From contig JAYJKW010000344.1 in assembly GCA_035084275.1 (NCBI GenBank), positions 248,001 through 312,000 on the forward strand: DNA of 64,000 bases, written 5' to 3'. Position numbers and translations under genes: made by a program. Source of the DNA: Hydrolagus colliei (lineage: Eukaryota). Of this stretch, positions 38,540-49,497 are shown in pieces; the stretch's first letter is position 1; each line of letters starts with the position of its first letter. The notes beneath the pieces were generated by a model. The model was not told the origin of the DNA. It saw nothing but the letters and a program-made list of their open reading frames with translations, and ran no database searches.

Positions 38540-39110
38540 AAATTACACTTATGTAGCGCCTTTCACCTCAGGAGGACGTCAAAAAGCGCTGAACAGTCAT
38601 TTCGTGTCCAGACAGGGAGAGGGTAAGTGTGGGTGTGAGGGGGGGGGGATCGGGAATAGTGGGGGTGGGGGGGAGGTTCGGTGTAAGAGGAAGGGATGGA
38701 GAGTAGAAGAGTGGGAAGAGTTAGTGAAGCGCAGTCAAAGAATTACGTCTTTAGACCGGCCGTGAAGGAGGAAATGGAGGACGTGAGGCGGAGTGACTCC
38801 GGGTTGGAGTTGTACAGTGTGGGAGCAGAGAGGCTGAAAGCCCGGCCCCCTATAGTTCGGCGATTATGGCGATGGTCGCGGAACAGTCCTGAGTCTGTTG
38901 AACGGAGTGTGCGGGCAGGTAGATAGAGAGACCAGTAGATCAGAGAGATAGGCGGGGGCAAGCAGTGAATGGCCTTGAAAGTGAGGAAGGGGATCTTGAA
39001 TACGATCCTCTGGGTGATGAAGAGCCAGTGGAGAAGGGCGAGGGTGAGAGGGATGTGGTCGCGAAGCCTGGTACGGGAGAGTACACGAGCTGTAGAATTC
39101 TGAATGAGAA
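38540..39110 (-). mobile_element. L2 LINE 3' portion
   Basis: Minus ORF: LPARTLRSTDSGL...TIGGRAFSLSAPTLYN...FTAGLKT; L2 tail at 38545-38590. Confidence 0.9.
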
Positions 39111-39397
39111 TACTGTTCTCTCAGTAACTCTAAAGGCTCTCACTCAATCCCTCCGGTTTATCTCTTCACTCAAGTCCCACCTGAAGACTTTCCCTTTCGA
39201 TGAAGTTGATAATAACCTCCAAATCCTTTTTCCGGTGGCTCGTTGTTATTCTCCTTTATTATCAAGCACTCCAGTACTTTCCTGTGAAGTTTCCTGTGTA
39301 AACGTAAGCTGCTGAAGAGTCCGTATCAACCCTAGTTTAATTCTCTGCTTTCAACAATAATAATAACAATAATAATAATAATAGATATAATCCTTGC

Positions 39398-39439
39398 AGG
39401 TGGAGAGAGTGCAGGTGCTATCCTGCACTCTCTCCACCT
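39398..39439. repeat. Perfect 18-bp hairpin with a 6-nt loop
   Basis: aggtggagagagtgcagg - tgctat - cctgcactctctccacct. Confidence 0.95.
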
Positions 39440-39760
39440 CGCCTGGCGATAGATTATATTTTATATCATTTATAGCATTTTATATCATTTTATATCATTT
39501 TATATCATTTTATATCATCTATTTAATCTAGTGTTTTGTCTGGTGGTGATATATTGGATGTATGGTGATATTTTTCACGCGGACCACCCGCTCCCGAGAC
39601 TAGAGATCTTCGGGCTGGAACGATCGCGGGGACAGAGCTTTCACGCTGTGCACCGCTCAGCCCACCAGCTGGAGCGGCTTCCATCGCTGCCGGTTCTTCC
39701 TCTATGGGCGGTCGGCCAACGAAGCCATCTTTTTGGACGACGGGGAGTATCGCGGAGGGA

Positions 39761-39910
39761 ATGGCGGCCACTCGCTGTCGGCGCTTCCTCCGGCTGTGCG
39801 AAGAGCGGCCCCTCGACAGGACCTGGGAAGGCCGCGACCTCGGCGCTTTCCTCAGGCAGCGGGTGGCGCACGTCTTCCGCGAGGGGGAGAGCGAGGGGGA
39901 GAGCGCCCAG
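39761..39910 (+). pseudogene. UQCC2: UQCC2 (complex III assembly factor) N-terminal/exon-1 fragment
   Basis: [50 protein letters not shown] vs vertebrate [46 protein letters not shown]. There is a 12-nt tandem duplication (gagggggagagc) and W>R / Y>C substitutions; no downstream exons found. Confidence 0.9.
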
Positions 39911-39917
39911 GTGCTGC

Positions 39918-40050
39918 AAGCGACGGGTCATCTCGTCGCGGGAGATCCAGACGGCGATCGGGCTGCTGCTGCTGCTGCTGCTGTGCGAGCTGGCCAGACA
40001 CACCGTGTCCGAGGTGCCAGGGCCATCACCGAGTCCCCGGGTTCATCGGC
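39918..40050 (+). pseudogene. H2B: Histone H2B C-terminal fragment
   Basis: [32 protein letters not shown](G)ARAITES vs H2B [37 protein letters not shown]; (CTG)7 expansion and a 1-nt deletion at the SEG codon. Confidence 0.88.
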
Positions 40051-41179
40051 TGAGGAGCCGGTCGGTTTTGGGGCCTGATACCACACTGGGCCCTTTTTTC
40101 CGCGCCCTTTCTTTCCCCCGCCATCTCAGGGATCGTCCGGGCGGGCGGCGAGGACAGGGAGTGGTTGCTGGACGATTGTTGGTTGTTGTTTGTTGCTGTT
40201 TTTGTTGTTAATGTTGTTGCTTTTGTTGTTTATTATTGTTTATTGTTGTTGTTTGATTCCCCCCACCCCTGCCCCCATCTTCTTCTTCCCTCACTCCCTT
40301 TCCCCACTTTCTCTCCTCCCTTTTCCCTTCCGCCCCCATCTTCTTCTTCCCTCACTCCCTTTCCCCACTTTCACTCCTCCCTTTTCCCTTCCCTCCCTCT
40401 TCCCTCTTCCTGATCTTGCCCCCACCCATCTTTCCCTCCCTCTCTTCCTTGCCCCCCTTTCTCCCCCCTCTTCCTCCCTAACCCTAACCCATCCCACCTT
40501 TCCCTCCCTCTCCCCCTTACCCTCTTTTCCCCCTTTCTCTCCTGGCCCCATTTTCGCGATTGTTTGTGGGACACTGCTGTGCGCAATTTGGCTGCCGCGT
40601 TTCGCCCACAAGTATACAGTCGACGTTCCTGCTTTTCTTCCCCCTGCCTCGACCCCTCCCCTTTTGCTTCTTTACCCCCTTTTTCCCCTAGTCCCACTTC
40701 CGTGACTGATTGTGGGACACTGCTGTGCGCAATTTGGCTGCCACGTTTCGCCCACTAATATGCAGTTACTTTTCCTACTATGCTTTATCCTGCCCTGATC
40801 CTTCCCACCCTGCTCTTGTCCTACCTGACTGTACAGCGCCTTGGGATGTCCTCTCGACGTGAAAGGCGCTATATAAATGTAAGTTTTGTTGTTGTTGTTG
40901 TATAGCATATATAGCTTTTCACGTATTCTAAATGTGGAGTCCTTTAACTCAGTGGGTTGAAGCGCTCGTCTTGAAAACGTGAGGCTCGTGTTTCCAATCT
41001 ACGTTGGACAGAGAGAAACCTCGAGCAAGTGTCCTTTGTGCATACGACTGATAATAATACGACCAAAAAACTATAATAAATCGGTCAATTGAATCCACGA
41101 CTGTTTGTGGGGAAACTGCTGTCGCTTTTCTCCCACATCTATACAATCAATTCATTTTCGGTATACTCTGTGTATCAAC

Positions 41180-41740
41180 AACAACAACAACTTCGATTTA
41201 TATAGCGACCTTCACGTCGGGCGACGTCTCAGAGCGCTTCACAATAGTGGATCCCGGGATCGAGCCACGGCAGGAGTAGAAAGGTAACCAAAGGCGCGGT
41301 CGAAGAGAAATGTATTCTGATGGCACATGAAGCTGAGTAAAGACGGGGCGAGGCGAAAGTAGTGAGGAACGGAATTCCAGATCCTTGGGGCAGAGTGGCT
41401 GAAAGCACGGCCACTGAGTGTGGAGTGGCGGATTCTGGGGACCTGGAGTATGGCAGAATCGTTGCAACGAAGGCAACGGGAGCTGGTTTGAGGAGAGAGT
41501 AGGTCAGAGAGGTAGGGGAATGCAGAGAAGTGGAGTGATTTGAACACAAGCGTGAGGATCTTGAAGTCCATCCTATCTTGGACATGGAGACAGTGAATTC
41601 TGGCAAGGACTGGGGTAATGGGGGTGCGAAGTTTGGTGCGGGTGAGAATGTGCGTGGCAGAGATCTGAATGAGCTGGACTCTGTGGATTGTGGATGAGGG
41701 GAGACTGGCGCGGAGGTCATTGGAAAAGGGGAATTGGAGT
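41180..41740 (-). mobile_element. L2 LINE 3' portion
   Basis: Minus ORF: DFKILTLVFKSLH...STLSGRAFSHSAPRIWNS...FLFDRAF. Confidence 0.9.
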
Positions 41741-42448
41741 TACTTTGAGGCACAGGCTAGAAGACGATCAATCGCGTTATTAAATTCTAACTCTAAGTAT
41801 TAGCATTATTTTGTATGAAAGCACTTCACATCATATACTGCTAAGTGAATTATCTGTATATTTTGGGGCTGTGTATTAAATCCCTCAATATCTTTCACAG
41901 CCTTCACTCTGTTAGCCGCCGGCCTGAAGAGCACAATGTCAATTCTTGTTGTTGTGATAGAGTGGACCACTCGCCATTGATTGGAAGTTACGACATTACC
42001 CTTATTGTGTTGTACAAACCCAGGATTATTTTGATGCCTGAGCTGTGCGACACGCAGATAATCATACCTGAAATGTGTTAATATTTCAGGACAGAGACGA
42101 TGATATGCTGTGTTAAGCCATCACATGTAATAGATAAAGGTCATCTCGGAGAAACATAGAATGTTTCCTCACAGAAAGCAGTCAGACTTATTATATCTGT
42201 GCTTGGCAATTGGTATTCATGAAAATGATTCAAACGATTTGATGCGAACATAAGTCTGTTATGTTTTAGGTTCACACAAGAGTCCAAGATCACATGGTGG
42301 ATCAGTTGTGGGATTGACAGGTATCACCCACTAACTCGGGAGCGTTTACTCCTCCGCTCTGATGTTGTTGCTATCAGTGCTCTTTAATAAGCGATGAGTG
42401 ATATTGCTGCCACAATTTGTCACAATTTTTTCTCTCCCTTTTTTTTAG

Positions 42449-43329
42449 TGAATGTTCTGGCAATCGTAATCCTGTCTAGGGGAAGGTGCGGCCTCTCGAA
42501 AGTCGTCACTTTCTATATGGAGGCGATGGCCGTGTCAGATCTAATGGTTATTATCAACGATGTGCTATTGAATCGCATCAACAACATGCATTTCCCCTTC
42601 AGCTTCTTGGCCTACACCCATGTATGCAGATTGAGAATCGTTCTGGTGGTCTCTGCCACTCTATGTTCCATTTGGCTAACAGTCGCTTTCACCTTTGATC
42701 GCTATGTCGCGATTTGTTGTCAGAAAATAAAGCAAAGATATTGCTCTGTAAAAACGGCCAGTTTGGTTATTACAACAATGTGTGTGCTCAGCTGTATGCA
42801 ATGCATTCCAATTTATTTTATTTATGTTCCGCTTGTCGTAGATACTATTCCAAAATATTGCGTTGAAAAACCCAGTTTTCACACTTCACTGTACTGGAAA
42901 TATTTTGAACGGTTGATCCGTGCGTTCAATCCTGTAATAGTATCCGTTCTCATTACCGTCGTCAACGCCCTGACTGTCAGACACATTTTAGTGGCCAACA
43001 GAGCCCGCAGGAGAATCCGCGGTGACAGCAGTGGAAATAACCAGAATGATCCCGAGATGGAGAAACGGAGAAAATCCATCATTTTGCTCTTCGCTATATC
43101 CGGCAGTTTTGTACTTTTGTGGATGACAAATGTTGTACATTCTTTAAAATGGTCAGTTGCAGACTACCAAAATATACCGACGGACATCAGCACTCCGTAT
43201 ATCGTCCAACAAACTGGATTTATGCTTCAGCTACTGAGCTCCTGTACAAACTCTTGTATCTACGTGTTGACCCAGCGCAAATTTAGAGAAGAGATCAAGA
43301 AGATTGTAAAATGCCCGTTTGCCAATTAA
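42449..43329 (+). CDS. GPR139-like class A GPCR paralog 2, main exon (open frame; first coding exon not identified)
   Basis: Polypyrimidine tract plus AG at 42447-48, phase 1: (V)NVLAIVILSRGRCGLSK...AFTFDRYVAICC...RRKSIILLFAISGSF...SSCTNSCIYVLTQRKFREEIKK*; no stops or frameshifts. Confidence 0.88.
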
Positions 43330-43424
43330 AGTATTATTATTCAGCTAGTTTGATTGTAAATAATTTCCACATCGCCTGCGTCATTTACTATTGCATTGAT
43401 GTTACCAAAAAAATAAGCATTTCA

Positions 43425-43720
43425 AGCCACCACTGTTTGTGGGGACGCTGCTGCGGGCAAATCGCTGCTGCATATCGTCCACAAATATACAATCGCATTG
43501 TAGGCGAATCGCGGTAGCCATTTGCGCATAGCAGTGCTCCACAAACAGTCGTGGAATGAAATGACCAATTTTATTATTGTGGTTTGTTTTGGACGGATTA
43601 TGATTAGGCTTGTAGAGTGTGCAGACTTGCCCAAGGTTTCGCCATTACCTTCCTTGATTCGAACACAATTCTCCCTTGCTTGCAAGACAAATGCTCTAAG
43701 CACTGAACCACAGTAGCTCC
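43425..43720. mobile_element. Two SINE bodies tail-to-tail (plus fragment 43425-43495, minus copy 43500-43720)
   Basis: ccaccactgtttgtggggacgctgctgcgggcaaatcgctgc followed by its near reverse complement gcggtagccatttgcgcatagcagtgctccacaaacagtcgtgg. Confidence 0.8.
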
Positions 43721-43939
43721 ACATGGTGGTGCTTTCAAACCCCACCTTGTGATTTCGGATCATACTGTCTAAATTGACCCACTCAGTGCAGAACTCAATG
43801 TGTTACGCTTACGTTTAGATGTTGAACTGTCTTAAATTTTGCTTGGATGTCAACGATCACGTGTCACTCTTGAAAACAAATGGGAGTTCATCCCAGATTC
43901 CTGGCCAACAGTCTACGAAACACCATTATCCAGCACTTT

Positions 43940-44400
43940 CCCAGCTAGCATTCGATTGTTAACTAAACGTTGCCTGAACGTTTAGTTAACATTCTGCTCG
44001 AGGTCGAACGTCCAACGTTCGCAGTCAACGTTCGCTGAACGTTAAGAGAACAACTTTCACCAGCGAAACGTAAATTTCATCTGCTTTCAATTTTTATTGA
44101 TTGTCTATTCTTTTTACTTAAGCATGATGTGTCACTGTTGACCGATGGGCAGTTTTAGAATTTGATTTAGTTTTTGTTAATACGTTGCCTGAACGTTGTC
44201 TGAACGTTGTGCCTCATGTTTATAGCCTTGATATTGTTAAATAGTCTTGATTTGTTTGTGTGTGTGTGTGTTTGCAATAACATTGAATTACGACTTCAAT
44301 GTTAGGATGTAGAGGTCATTTTGTATTTTTTCTTCATATTTTCCATATTTTGGGGGACCAATGAAAAAGCATCAGCTGGACGTTCAGTGAACGTTCAGTT
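43940..44400. mobile_element. Possible non-autonomous DNA transposon end with AACGTT subterminal repeats
   Basis: Starts CCCAGCTAGCA; at least 8 AACGTT palindromes within 460 bp; no matching right TIR found. Confidence 0.45.
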
Positions 44401-46907
44401 GACTAAGTTCAGTTACTTTTCCCACTACTCGGAAAATAAAAAATCCCCATTGTTGATCTGCAGAAATAATTGTCCGCGTGTGCAAACGAGTGATGTAGGG
44501 GAGTCCTCTTTCATGCTATTCGCGTTGGTCAATCGTGTTTGCGGAGGACGCTGTGCTTTATGTTTACATCTTGAATAAATTTATGCAACTTTTCCGGAGT
44601 TATTAATGTTATTATAATTGCCACTAGAACATTAATGTTTTATTAAGATTTATACTTTGATCGACTTACACTGGAGGAGACGGGCCCGGCGGCGCCCGCG
44701 GCCGATTCCCGCTATTTTCCGATAACAGTTACACTCAGGGTTTGCCATTTGGCTGGAAAAAAAACGGCCAAATTCGAGAAATCTGGCCTTAGACAATTTC
44801 GTATGTCCGAGAAAAACATTTATTTCCCCAAATTGATTTTGCCCTTTAACATTTGTTTGGCCGTGAAATGATTTTCTTTGGGTTTGCATTGTTTATTTTG
44901 TCTTTCTTTCTCTATGTGTTTTATGACTGGCAGATGCTGCAGAAAAATACTGAAAGCCGTTATAACTCTTCCGAAAAGTATGGGGAGAGTCGCTCTCGAG
45001 CGCTGTTCTCGAGTCATGAGGCCACGGCACAGGAACTTCATTCTCGACCTCCCCCTCCCCATAGTTTTGCAAGTAGTACGTACGCGCGTGCGCACACATT
45101 ATACTAGTACATGTATACGTACGCGCACACACACACACACATTATACTACTCCATGTATACGTACGCGCGCGCACACACACACATTATATACTATTACAC
45201 GGGCGCGCGTCGACCAAACAATCAGGTGGTGATTTGGCCGTGCCACGTGCCGCGCCGGACGTGAGTTGAGGTAGTCGTGGCTGCGTGCTCTCTGCCACAC
45301 TAACAGGCCAGTACACAGGATTCTTAATGGGGGGGGTGCGGATTGGGTAACAAGTTAAACAACGCTGAGAATTGGCGGCTCCGAGTGTGTTTGAACCAGC
45401 CTGAAAAAGACTCATAGAGTGAGATCGGGGAGAGACTCACAGACTTTCCTGATGCTAAACAAACGAATAATTATAACCAAGGCACAGTATAGCTCCACAC
45501 AACCCCTACACTGCGCTCAGTCGCAGATGTTCACCATGGAGGTCGTGCTGAGTGGGTGAGAATGAGACCATCCTTCGCTTCACTCCCTCTGTGACTCCAG
45601 CCTCTCGGTTCCATTATTCCCACGAATCCAGCGAGATCACGAAGATAAACTAGAATGGAGAACAACAACAACTGAGTACTTGGGAAATGGGAAAAGCCTT
45701 CAACATTTCTATTGCAGTGTCCTGTGCCCTGTACAAATAATACATTCCCGGTCTTTCTAGCCAAATCAGCTATTTCTGAATGCTTTTGTCCGTTTTCCCG
45801 ACGATGGGTGCTCTGCACGGTATTCTGTCTCACAAATCAATCAGCCATCCCCAGAAATGAATTAGAAATAGTCTGAAGGGTCTTTGAGGCCTCCAGCCCT
45901 GGAATCAATTGTGTACAAGATTACAGCCCCGAGGTACAAACCAAAACTATTTTGAAAAGTGGTCGCTTGAGAGATGGATCTGGATGACGTACACTCACAA
46001 ACTTTCAATAGATGGAGCATTCACTGTAGGCAAGATCTAACCTTGCGCGTTTATTAACAGCTATTTCAGGCAGGCATCATAGGCAGAGAGAGGCATGTGA
46101 CACAATCTACATCCTTCTGTATTCAAAAATGCTATGATTCTATAATTCTGCGGGCAGTTGAGCCCCAGTCGCAAAGAGGATATTCCTGGTTTGGGTAATC
46201 TGGATAACAAAAGCACCGGTAATGCTTGTCATTAATTGCTCTCAATACTATTCTTTTGGGTTTAGATTGCTAAAATCCAACGGTATCCAAACGCATAGTC
46301 ATGCCAGCAAACATTATACACCTTCTGTAATTGGCGAGCCAGTATATATCTCTACAGTAATAGAGTGCTCATTCCATACCAGTAAATGGGAATTTACATG
46401 TTTAGGTGAGTTGCATTGCAATATCATGGTTTAGTTTGGATCGTGTCAATCATTCCAACATGCTGCACCGCTCAGGAAAATGAAAATGAGTGTGTCTTGT
46501 ATAGATTTCACGTCAAGCCAAGAAAACGTGGAAAGTGAGTGGGATATCTCGCGAGTGATGTGCCTTCGTTGCTGAGGATGGCTCTGTGTGTACCAAAGAG
46601 AGAACCTGTAATGTGCTCCAGTAATGCGGGTGGAGCTGAAGTTACATGAATGGCTGTCATGTTCCTCCAGTTCTCAGAGTGGAGCTGCTCGCGTTTAGAA
46701 TTCCCTCCCGTTTCCCTTTGCTTCCCGCTCCTTTCCAATCTTCAGATCGCACCTGAAGATATTTATTGAAAGTCACCCTTACGTTCACTTCCCCCACTCC
46801 CCTTGGCTCGGCTTAAGAATATGCCACTGTCACGCGCTCTCAGATTCACTGGCATGGAGGTCGTGATGTACATTTAAGTTGCTGTTGTTGTTGTGTGTGA
46901 AAGAGGC

Positions 46908-47344
46908 TGCAATGTTCCCGCAGTGCTGAGGGTGGCGCTGTGTGTGTGTCTGTGTTTGTTTGTGTGATACAGACCCTGCAATGTTCCTGCAGTCCTCAGG
47001 GTGGAGCTGAGTGTGTGTGTGTGAGAGAGAGGGAGCGTCTAATGTTCCCGCAGTGTTGAGGGTGGCTTTGTGTGTGTGCGAGAGAGCCTGTAGTGCTCTC
47101 GCAAGTGCTGAAGGTGGCGCTGTGTGTGAGTGTGTGTGTGTGAGAGAGAGAGAGAGAGAAAGGGGGCGTGTAGTGTTCCAGCAGTGCTGAGGGTGGCGCT
47201 GTGTGTGTGTGAGTGTGAGAGAGAGAGAGCGTGTAGTGTTCCCGCAGTGCTGAGGGAGGCGCTGTGTGTGTGTGTGAGAGAGAGAGCGTGTAGTGTTCCC
47301 GCAGTGCTGAGGGAGGCGCTGTGTGTGTGGGTGAGAGAGAGAGA
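46908..47344. repeat. Compound minisatellite, 7 units of a ~35-bp core joined by (TG)n(AG)n linkers
   Basis: Core gtagtgttcccgcagtgctgagggtggcgctgtg repeated with variants. Confidence 0.9.
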
Positions 47345-48169
47345 AATAATAATAACATTACATTTCTTTCATTTGTTTTATTGTGAGAAACGGAGAGAGC
47401 GAGAAGCTGTAACGTGCCTCCAGTGCGTTTTCAAACTATATTTGGCGTTTTCAAGCTATAATTACCATCTAATTGTGTATGCAACAGAGAAGTGTGTGGA
47501 GAACCTGGATTTATGTATGTACAATTTATGTTTGTACCGATGAAGCTGATTGACAGGTTTCAAACCGTGTTAAACAAGAGTTGCCACCATAGCTGAGCTA
47601 CAGAGAGAAACAGTGGCAGTAGAGAGGGTAATGCACTCTGGGATGGTGCCCTTCATGAAGCTGTCGCTGTTTGTTGCGCATGTCCTTGGCATTAGGGATC
47701 AGAAGTTGCGATTAGCATAGAGTGAAGTTTTCAGAGAGCATTAGAGTTAGGGTGAGGACAACCTTATTCTATCCTTCGTCATCTCTCGGCTGGAATACTC
47801 CAACACCCTTCTCTTCGGTCTTTCCTCCTTCAATATTCACAAATTTCCTCCCATCTAAAGCTCCACCACTTGCATTCCTTGCTACACTAAACTCTGCACA
47901 CCGGTTACCCAATTCATTGTCACCTATACTATCGCCCTATTAAAGAGTCAGCCTCCAAGACCCTCAATATGTTGCTTATATCCATCTACGCCTTTGCCAA
48001 ACCCTAGCTTTCCAAACGCGCCTCTCCTCACAGCAAAACCCACTCCCTCTGGCGTAACCAATTGATCGAGGGGAGCAACAACTGCATCAAAATCAATTAC
48101 TTTTTGAAAAAAAAGTAATCCAGAGACTTACGTAAAAGTGAGCCAAACTTGGAGCAACTAAATGGTGAA

Positions 48170-48510
48170 AAACAGTTATAATAATAATAATCCTTGCATT
48201 TGATTTTGCACTTCCCACATCTAATCAACATCTCAAAGCGTTTCACAGAATATACTGTAAAGTCAATTGACTGTATATATTTGTGGGCCAAACGCGGCAG
48301 CCAATTGCGCACAGCAGTGTCCCACACACAGTCGTGGATTGAAATGACCAATTTTATTGTTGCATTTTTTTTTCTAGAGGGATTAGTATTAGGCGTGTGG
48401 AGTAAGAAAAGTTGCCAAAGATTTCGCCCTGACCTGCCTGGAATCGAACATAGGTCTCCCCAGCTTGCTAGACACGTGCTCTAATCACTGAGCCACAGGA
48501 ACTCCACAGT
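48170..48510 (-). mobile_element. tRNA-derived SINE, near full length
   Basis: Head gagttcctgtggctcagtgattagagcacgtgtctagcaagc...gttcgattccaggcagg, body and tail intact. Confidence 0.88.
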
Positions 48511-49223
48511 TAAGGGAGCAAGCAGACACACCAAAATGTCTCAACATGTAACTCTTAGTTGTGGCTGATACTACAACAATCCTGGGGCTGTGCTTCACTG
48601 TGAGGTGTGCAGTCCTTCAGGTAGGAATTTTAACCCATATCTACCCGCCGTGGATGTTAAACACGTCAGTGCAGTGTTCTAATCGAGAAGGGAATTTTTC
48701 CTGCTGTCCTGGCTAACAATCTTCCCTTGAAATCTGGTGATAACAGGAACAAAAACGGGTACATACACAGAGTCTTCTACGCATGGTATCGCCCACAGTG
48801 CTTAGATAAGATATGATACGGATTTGAATCTATCCTACAAGATTTTAAGTAATAATAAATTAGTCATTTCAATTGACTACTGTTTGTGGAAGTCTCCTGC
48901 ACACAATTGGCTGCTATGTTTCGCCCTCAACATATACAGTCAACTCGCTTTACAGTAGTGTGCTCTGAAGCACTTTAAGACATCAGGAATACTTGATAAG
49001 TCTCCATAACAACTGTAATAATCATATGATTATCAATGCAAAAGACCATATTGACTTCCGAAATTCACTTCTGTTTCAGAACAGGTGTATGCGATATTTA
49101 AACTCAAGAAACACTGATAGATCATATCTCCTAAAACATAATTCACCCATGCACTGCATTAGAGTCGACCTTCGGTACATGAGTTCCACATGCAGACACA
49201 CAGCATGAACTCACAAACTTCTG

Positions 49224-49497
49224 NNNNNNNNNNNNNNNNNNNNNNNNNNNNNNNNNNNNNNNNNNNNNNNNNNNNNNNNNNNNNNNNNNNNNNNNNNNNN
49301 NNNNNNNNNNNNNNNNNNNNNNNNNNNNNNNNNNNNNNNNNNNNNNNNNNNNNNNNNNNNNNNNNNNNNNNNNNNNNNNNNNNNNNNNNNNNNNNNNNNN
49401 NNNNNNNNNNNNNNNNNNNNNNNNNNNNNNNNNNNNNNNNNNNNNNNNNNNNNNNNNNNNNNNNNNNNNNNNNNNNNNNNNNNNNNNNNNNNNNNNN
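49224..49497. other. Assembly gap (274 N)
   Basis: Run of N. Confidence 1.

Noticed and set aside
40085-40110. Histone 3' stem-loop after the H2B fragment (gggcccttttttccgcgccc)
   Set aside because: The 3' arm does not pair as required; too degenerate to call
45263-45290. TGAGGTAGT let-7-like seed
   Set aside because: Only 9 nt match and there is no precursor hairpin
44421-45808. Possible TIR pair cccactactcggaaaat / cccatcgtcgggaaaac
   Set aside because: Similarity too low and no TSD; kept only as part of the unclassified complex
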